Assembly (NCBI GenBank): GCA_048013815.1
Contig: CM106585.1
Location: 22,940,001 to 23,004,000, forward strand
Origin: Setoptus koraiensis
Taxonomy: Eukaryota > Animalia > Arthropoda
Length of the DNA: 64,000 nt
Direction: 5' to 3'
In this document: piece after piece, positions 1-8,300 of the stretch
Layout: each line of letters starts with the position of its first letter
Position numbering within the stretch: position 1 is the stretch's first letter
The notes under the pieces: generated by a model
Database searches by the model: none
Told to the model about the DNA's origin: nothing
What the model saw: the letters and a program-made list of their open reading frames with translations, nothing else
Made by a program: the position numbers and the translations under genes

Positions 1-1592
1 ATTAGTTGTTGCTTTGGATGCACAGAATTTTCACCACTATAGGAAAGAGAAGACGAAAGAATTTAACTCTTAGAAGATGTTCACTTCATTTCCAGCACTA
101 ATTCTTGATAGACGTTTGGAACTTCGCTAGTCTGCTTCTGGAATGAGGTGTATCGTTTTGAGGCTTGTTATGGCAAGTCAAGAAACAAACACTGACTTCG
201 ACAAAGAGATACAGGTGTCACTTGACATGGGAAGGGTGAATGATGAGAATCATCTATTGGACATAATTTATAAAAGTCTCTACATGAGACTATTGTAGTC
301 TATGACCACATCACTCCCGAGATAGTGAGTGATTGTTATAGTTGCACCTATGGAGATCCTGCCAAAAAAACTTGACTTCCACACGACAAGTTTCCACAGT
401 GAAACAGCAAGATGCAGTTAGGAGAAACGGAAACTGTTTGACTGAATATTGTGAGCCAAACGTGACTTCTATTCCATCAAGTTTAGATCATTATCGACGG
501 GAGGCGGATAAGAAACACCAAATTCAGTGTGTATATAATGATATTGTTCATATCTCTAGATACAGTTGGTTTGTTCATTAGCGGTATAACTTAGAAACTG
601 AATGGAAACTAGTATAACATGTCGAAGTTGGTAATATTGGAATGGCTAACTCAAGAAGAATCCGTATATCTATACTAGAGACAAACAGGCAGTAATGATG
701 CAATAGATTTTTGGTCTAGTACAAATGTATCATGTCAACTTGAAAGGGTAGTAAAGTCAAAGTGAAAGTGGAGAGTCAAAAGCAAAGAAGAGAGCAAGAA
801 ACTTCATTAGTGGACAGGTGATAAATACTAGGTATTATTAGATTATTATGTAACATGTAATGTGTGTTGTTTATAGAATAATCGCATCATTCAGGTACTG
901 CACAACAAGACAACATAACACTTGTACATCTGGTCTAGTAGAGTTATCTATCTGTTATTCATTGTTTACAGGTCTCTCAGACATGCCTCCAGATTCAATG
1001 ATGCAAATGGGTGAACATGTTGCATGCTGAATAAAAGTAAAAAGTATTCAAGTGTGACAGAAATATACCATAACTAATTTTTCTACTGATCCCTACTTTA
1101 CATACAAAACTCTTACAGTTTCTGCACCATTTGCAACAGTAGCGCCGATAAGTTGTACCCAATAGTTGCTGCCGACATGTCAGTATGTTACATTTCGCAC
1201 ATTGGTTGTGAGTAGTACAACATTCATAAAAACTACTTTTCGCTTTATTGGTTTGTATATAAAGTGTGGTGCATATAAACATAGATAAATTCCCAAATGA
1301 GTATAGAATTGAACGGTGAGCTTTTTATCAGATCAATTATTTCACTAGAAAGGAGCCCTGTTGTACTCACAATAGCGAGCTCGTAAGCGAGCACAATACC
1401 TCTATAGATGGATGGCTTATATGGAGATCCAATATTCATTGAATCATTCGATTTTATTCCGTTGATCACTGCATTGCATTACTCGGATACCCGGTTCGGG
1501 CGGATCCGGGTCGGGTTCGGGTCCAGATCTGAGCGACGCCCACGGATTCGGGTCGGTATTTTGATTTTCAAAATTTCGCGAATACAGGGGAA

Positions 1593-1824
1593 AATATCCA
1601 CGGATTTGAAATATCCACGGATTGAGAATATCCACGGATTTTACTCTGTCTCTACGGTGACACACAGGGTTCTCAAGTCCTACGGTGACACACAGGATTC
1701 TCGAGTCCTACGGTGACACGTTTGAGGTGTAGGTAACAAGTCCTACGGTGACATATTTCGAAGGCATTTACAGAGTCGTATGGTGACACGTTTTGCACTT
1801 AGATTGCCAGTCCTACGGTAACAC
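1593..1824 (+). repeat. Array of short periodic motifs (3x AATATCCACGGATT, then 6x (GTC)CTACGGTGACAC), probably subterminal repeats of a non-autonomous DNA transposon
   Basis: AATATCCACGGATT at 1593, 1610 and 1627 (period 17). CTACGGTGACAC-like motif at 1652, 1680, 1708, 1743, 1778 and 1813 (periods 28, 28, 35, 35, 35). Preceded by a CGGGT-rich tract at 1491-1523. Confidence 0.75.
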
Positions 1825-2179
1825 ACTTGATTCCATGGAACCCGCAGATTTTAGAGAAATTTGCGGATAGCCACAAAATCACGCAGAATTCGAGAAAAAA
1901 AAACAAAAAAAACAAAGACAAATTAAACAAAGAAGAAAAAAAAAGAAAAGCACTTCCGGAATACCTTTTACGGTCTCAGGGCACAGTACTCCACCCAAAA
2001 ATACCCAAAATACCCAAAATACCCAAATTGGGAGTGGTACGTGTTCCGAAGAACAACCCAGCTTCTTCATCTTTATCGATCATCTGTTGAGGGTCAAGAC
2101 CGGTGCTGTCTTCGTACGCGACTGCTTGAATTTTTCGGTGTATTAGCTTCTTCTTCATTGAAAACTTCCACATAGGGTA

Positions 2180-3590
2180 ATTTTTTAGCGCTTAATTTTA
2201 ATTAAGTGCTTATGATGTAGTGTTGTGGGATCCTGAATATCACGCATGAACATTCATGGACGGTGTGATGGTGGATACTAAATTCGGTTGTTGTAGCGAA
2301 TAGTGCCCCGCCCCGATTTTGATGAAACTTCCGGTACGGGTTCATCTTGACCCAAAACCATCGGGGAAAGTGGTCCGGAAGTGCGGAAACTTCCGGTTCC
2401 GGTTTTACAAAAAGTTGAATCTAGAGCTCTGAAATTCACTACAGAGACGTTTCAAGCTATATGAACACGATGACATAATTTTCAGCTCTGTGCGACTTCC
2501 GGTTTTCGAGATATAGAGATATTACTAGGAGTAGAAGACCGGAAGTGACCAAATTATTGCTTCGCTGCGCTCGGGGATGCACATGTGGTGTGTCTGAGAA
2601 CTCGGCCTGCGGCCTCGTATTTTGGAGGCCGTCACATCTCCGTCGTCGCTCCCGCGACGACTGCGTGCGACGGGAACCCTTCGGGTAGGGTTGATGAGCG
2701 CTTCGGGTATCGGGCTGCGCCCTCTACCCTCCGCTCACATGACTGCAATCCATACACGAATGATAGAAAAAGAACGAAATGGGGACGCATGGAAGGCTCT
2801 GAACATGTATCCGGCACAGAAAAGGAGCTGCGCATCCTTGAGTGTTGAACAGAATGGGCCTGATAGCGCACGTATTTGTTCGTGCGCGCGGGTATTCCGT
2901 CCCGTCTACGCCGCTACAGCGGTTTCATCCAGATATCTCGTCAACCGGAAGTGAGACAAATTTGAAATTGACGTTATCGTACTCTGCGTGCTCTGATTCA
3001 CATGTATAGTGAGTTTCAAGCCTGTATCTCAATTTTTTTGTAAAACCGGAACCGGAAGTTTCCGCACTTCCGGACCACCGAGGTTATTGTTTTTGGGCCC
3101 TACGGGCCCCGTGTGTGAAGTTTCATCGAAATCTGACTGGGGCACTATTCGCTACAACACCCCTAAATTCGTGCATTTCACAGGATATTCACCAATTGTG
3201 CTATGGAAAACGCGCTGTGTGCTTGTGAATATTCAAACTTCGTATGCCAGTGAATATTCACGTACCGATTTATTTGTGGCTTTCACAGTTTTCGATCTTT
3301 AGAGTCACGCGCTGTGTGCTTGCAAACATTAGCACCAGTATAATCAGTGCTTAGTGAGTGAGTAGGCTGATATGTGCTTGGGAGGCGGACGAACTTTCGA
3401 GTCTCAAGCTTGAGTGTACATACTGGCTGGAAAATCACTTCTCCTGCGCTCTGTTCACTCGCACAAAGAAGAGTGTTTTTGCGCTCTGCATGTGCGTCGT
3501 CACAGTGCCGTCTGTGACGAGGTTCGCACGACGTTAACAATGAGGCTGAGCACTTGGGGGCTGATTTTTTAGCGCTTAATTTTAATTAAG
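2180..3590 (+). repeat. 27-bp perfect direct repeat pair ATTTTTTAGCGCTTAATTTTAATTAAG (2180-2206 and 3564-3590)
   Basis: The identical 27-mer is read directly at both positions and brackets the MITE. Confidence 0.9.
2286..3162. mobile_element. MITE / non-autonomous DNA transposon with imperfect TIRs of about 130-140 bp and an 8-bp TSD (Merlin- or Mutator-like)
   Basis: Left end GGTTGTTGTAGCGAATAGTGCCCC...GGTCCGGAAGTGCGGAAACTTCCGGTTCCGGTTTTACAAAAA is the reverse complement of the right end (about 3035-3162). CTAAATTC flanks both sides (2278-2285 and 3163-3170). No transposase ORF inside. Confidence 0.85.
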
Positions 3591-3794
3591 CTGCTATTGG
3601 GGTGGTGATGATGACTAGGTTTATTCACGTGACTATGTAATCCTATGGAGGTTTGACTTAGTCAAATTTGTGAGAATCCTGCTAGATATTACACATGTAT
3701 TCCGATGTAGATTTGACTTGGTCTATTATCGCTTTACTCGAAAATATTTCGTATGCAATCCTATGGAGATTTGACTAGGTCGAATTTGTGAGGA

Positions 3795-4126
3795 GCTCGG
3801 TGGTGACAAATCGAACTTCAAAATTGAAAATTCGAATTTCTAATGGGAGTTTCAGCTGCTAGTTCGAAGTTAGTGGTTCAGTGTTCTTAGTTCTATGGTC
3901 AGAGTTCGGTGGTGACAATTCGAATTTCGAACTTCGAAATTGGAAATTGAAAATTCGATTTTCTGGAATGAGATTCAGCTGCTTCGTCGAAGTTCGATGG
4001 TCGTAGTTCCATGGTCAGAGTTCGATGGTCACAATTCGAACTTCGAACTTCGAAATTCGAAATTGAAAATTCGATTTTCTGATGATAGTTTCATCTGCTC
4101 TGTCGGAGTTCGATGGTCAGAGTTCG
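3795..4126 (+). repeat. TTCGAA-rich degenerate tandem repeat (unit of about 116-123 bp) running into the assembly gap
   Basis: AAATTGAAAATTCGA recurs at 3821, 3944 and 4060, with internal TTCGAA(A/C) heptamers. Confidence 0.8.
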
Positions 4127-4627
4127 NNNNNNNNNNNNNNNNNNNNNNNNNNNNNNNNNNNNNNNNNNNNNNNNNNNNNNNNNNNNNNNNNNNNNNNNNN
4201 NNNNNNNNNNNNNNNNNNNNNNNNNNNNNNNNNNNNNNNNNNNNNNNNNNNNNNNNNNNNNNNNNNNNNNNNNNNNNNNNNNNNNNNNNNNNNNNNNNNN
4301 NNNNNNNNNNNNNNNNNNNNNNNNNNNNNNNNNNNNNNNNNNNNNNNNNNNNNNNNNNNNNNNNNNNNNNNNNNNNNNNNNNNNNNNNNNNNNNNNNNNN
4401 NNNNNNNNNNNNNNNNNNNNNNNNNNNNNNNNNNNNNNNNNNNNNNNNNNNNNNNNNNNNNNNNNNNNNNNNNNNNNNNNNNNNNNNNNNNNNNNNNNNN
4501 NNNNNNNNNNNNNNNNNNNNNNNNNNNNNNNNNNNNNNNNNNNNNNNNNNNNNNNNNNNNNNNNNNNNNNNNNNNNNNNNNNNNNNNNNNNNNNNNNNNN
4601 NNNNNNNNNNNNNNNNNNNNNNNNNNT
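4127..4627. other. Assembly gap (about 500 N)
   Basis: Run of N. The ORFs 3940..4674, 4082..4735 and 4113..4631 that span it are artefacts. Confidence 1.
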
Positions 4628-5356
4628 TTAATGATCGCGCGGAGTGGAAGCGTGTTATGTTTGGTACTGGGTAGATGGCGTGTCGGGTGCAGAGTAAGCC
4701 CTTATGTGAAGTGTCACATAAGGTCGGTGTGGTGATGATGAGGGCTGATAAGATATCGTCCGGTATGCTTCTATCTAATATGGTCTCGCTTGTTATGAAT
4801 GAAGATGATTATGGTCACATGTATCATGGGTGGTTATGTAGTAGGTAGGTATCTCATAGGTGTGCAGTCCAAGTATCATAGGTGGCGATATCATAGGTGT
4901 GCAGTCCTGGTATCATGGGGAGGTATGAAGTGGGTTTGCAGTTCGACTACCATAGGTGATGATATCATAGGTGTGCAGCGGATACCTATGGTATGGTTGT
5001 GGGTTAATATGTTGTGACTTGGAGTGATATGGTCGAGAATGATATGGTTTAGGATGATATGGTAAGTCCGGTGTATGATGAGGTCTGGACCCTCGTGAGA
5101 AGTGAAGTTAGGCAAGTGCTGATATAAAGGGTTTATAATAAGTTTTATTTAAGAGTAGTTACTCGTATGGTGACCGATATGATAATGACTATCGAATACA
5201 GAAGTGTTTGGGTTTATATAGTAGTTGCCCTGCTGCGCTCTCTGGCGGATGCATGGGTGATAGTTGGCGTCGTGATATTACTCTCTTTGCATGAAATGCG
5301 TTGCATGCGTGTGTGTTGCTGCTGCTGGCGCCGGCTGTTGGAGCCGAATCATCACA
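4628..5356 (-). repeat. 3' LTR (distal end clipped by the gap)
   Basis: Direct repeat of 11393-12196. On the minus strand it begins TGTGATG immediately after the PPT. Contains TATATAAA (5213-5220). Confidence 0.95.
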
Positions 5357-8300
5357 GTCCACCCTTTTCTTTTTTGGGGTTAAGGATTTTACAAAAGCTA
5401 AGAATCTTTCCGGTCGCTTAATGGCCTCTCTGTTCCTCAGATTCCGTGCAACGGCGCTGGCATAGGACGTCGCTCGAGGCTGGTCCATTTTGGGTATTGG
5501 CTGCGGATGTGTCTCGTGGGTTGGTTCGTCAATTGGTTTTCTTTGTGGTTTAGGTTGAATTTCCATCATAGTCTCATGGTCACTGCTTGCTGAGTGGAAT
5601 GAATCATCCGAAGTGTCTTGATCTGGGATGCAAGAGGGTCTTGGTGTTGAGCCTGCCTCTCTGTCAAAGTGAAAAGTATTCGAAGGTAATTCTATGATTT
5701 GTTCGTCCGGAGCAGACGGATTATTGGTGCGTGGTGCATACAGCCAATCGCGATTTCCGTCGACTGTGAGGACTTGTGGTTGGTTTTCCGAAATAATCGG
5801 CGGATTGAATATGGGTAGTTGTTGTTTACGTCTGGTTCCTTGGGTAACTTGTTGCTGTCGGTTATTTCGAGGCCCCATGGAACCATCCATGTCAATTATG
5901 CATGGCTGGTCGCTGAGGGCTGGTCCTGTTAGGCTGTTGCTGCCTATGCTGTTGCTGCCTAGGCTTTGGCTGTGCTGTTGCAAACCCATGTTGTTGGTCC
6001 CCTCGTTGTTGATGGCTATGTTGTCATGGGCCATGTTACCTATGGTGTTGCTGCCTATGCTGTAGCTGCCTAGGCTTTGGCTGTGCTGTTGCAAACCCAT
6101 GTTGTTGGTCCCCTCGTTGTTGATGGCTATGTTGTCATGGGCCATGTTACCTATGGTGTTGCTGCCTATGCTGTTGCTGCCTAGGCTTTGGCTGTGCTGT
6201 TGCAAACCCATGTTGTTGGTCCCCTCGTCGTTGATGGCTATGTTGTCATGGGCCATGTTACCTATGGTGTTGCTGCCTATGCTGTTGCTGCCTAGGCTTT
6301 GGCTGTGCTGTTGCAAACCCATGTTGTTGGTCCCCATGTCGTTGATGGCTATGTTGTTATGGGTCATGTTATCTATGGTGTTGCTGCCTAGGCTTTGGCT
6401 GTGCTGTTGCAAACCCATGTTGTTGGTCCCCATGTCGTTGATGGCTATGTTGTTATGGGCCATGTTATCTATGGTGTTGCTGCCTATGCTGTTGCTACCC
6501 ATGTTGTTTGTTATGGTTACGACTGAGTCAGGCTGATTGTGGCCTTCATGGACTACGGGTGCCTGTGGCATCTCTTTATTTTGCAGGCGTGATATCGCTC
6601 GTGCTATTTGTTGATCCTTTGAGTTCTCCCTTAGTTTGTATGGCTTAATGTCCTGGATTGCAACTGATTTACATTTAAGGTTTCTCAGGTCCAGTATAAT
6701 GGCGAATCTTGGTTCTGAGTCCGTGGCTTCTCTAGGCAACTTAAGAATAACGGCGGGTCCGTCCCATTTGACGGAGAATTTCGATGCTTGATCTGGGCGA
6801 ACGGTGTGTTGTTTCAAGAGAACCGTCTGTCCCACTCGATATTGTGCTGAAGGATGGTCTCTATCATGGAATCTCTTTTGTATTTCTTGAGCCTTTTTGT
6901 TGTGGAAAATGATATCCTTTCTGATCAGTCTTCTCGACTGAGGAGCCGGTAGTGGAACTGATGGTTTCAGGTTGAGAGGAGTTCTTGGTCGGACTCCATA
7001 CATGACCTCGTACGGAGAATACTTGAGAGACTCTTGAAAAGTGGTATTATAGACGAACAAGGCCCATCGTAGGTGTTCGTCCCACCTATGCTGGTGTTGA
7101 TTGACGTAATTTCTCAGGATTTTGACGAGTGTCCCATTAAATCTCTCATCCATCCCATTGGCCTGTGGATGATATGGGGTCGTGAATTGGTGAGTGATTC
7201 CGAATTCTTCGCAACGCTTTAGATATTTTGCCGATGTGAACTGACTTCCTTGGTCGCTCACGATACGGACAGGGGTTCCATGTTGTGCGATTACATCTTC
7301 GAGGAATTCAAGGATCTCATTGGTTGTTACCTTGTCCTTGGCTCTCGCAAACCCGAAGCGCGAAAATGCGTCGATCATGGTTATAATATATCTGGCCCCC
7401 GAAGTTGCGTTAGTGTTGATCGGCCCTACTATGTCTATGTGCAGTTGCTCAAATAGTTTTGAGACTTGGATAGGATGTAATCTTCCTGGAGCAGGGCCTT
7501 TAGGTTGCTTGAACCTCTGGCATGTCGGGCATGTCTGGACATACTCTTTGATTTGGGGAGACATTGAGGGCCACCAATAGTGGTCTAGTTTCTTCTGAGT
7601 TTTTCGCACTCCTAAATGGCCTCCATAGACCTGGTCGTCATGGGCAAGCTCTAGAAGTAGGTGTCGTGACTGGCTAGGGACTGCCAGGCGAGGGTACGTC
7701 ATAGGTCCGATTATATCATGGTCTTGCATGTCATAGGTGTCATGTACTGGCTGAACGAAGTATAGGAGGTTGTCTCGTATTTCGAAGTTCTCGTGAGCTT
7801 CTATGTTGTCTATGATAGTTTTGAGCTCTGAATCCTCCATTTGATCTTCCAGAGTTATCCGCTTGAATGATAGCAGCTTCTCTATCTTGGCACTCAGGAC
7901 AGATTTTGCTAACTTATCTGCCTCCTCGTTGCCTGGGTCGTTACAATGTCCTTTGGTGTGTATCCATTCTATTTCTAAATCGTTCTTGACTTCTGCTAAT
8001 TCTAGGATAAGCTTCTCGTTTGTCAATGTTTTGTTCCTATGGTTCTTGAATCCGTCACTGAGCCAGCGGTCTAGCCAACTGGTGACCGTGTTTATGACGT
8101 ATTTGCTGTCCGAGACTATCGTGATCGTTTTCCAATTTTGTTGTTTTGCGATTCTGCAGGCCTGGATGGCGGCAGTCATTTCTCCTGTTTGATTTGATGG
8201 ATTTTCTGTGACTTCTCCTTTAGCTGAGAGTGATGGGTACTTCGGGATATGGACGGCCCAACTGGCTCTGCAGTCCGGTTTGCCGTTATGGTATGATGCA

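Noticed and set aside
1-800. Fragmented, coding-like sequence at the window start
   Set aside because: Multiple stops in all frames and no family I could recognise. It may be a decayed gene, but this is unsupported.
995-1282. Cys-rich 95-aa ORF resembling a piggyBac C-terminal CRD or zinc finger
   Set aside because: Cys spacing does not fit convincingly and there is no adjacent transposase core.
1652-1824. CRISPR-like repeat-spacer look
   Set aside because: The repeat is only about 15 bp, spacers are about 13-20 bp, there are no cas genes, and the context is eukaryotic.
3940-4735. Long ORFs spanning the N run
   Set aside because: Artefacts of translating N as X.
5694-6536. Hydrophobic antisense ORFs (MLLP repeats) that might be an env-like or antisense gene
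   Set aside because: They are the reverse frame of the 111-bp coding repeat, are broken by a TAG at 6063-6065, and show no env features.
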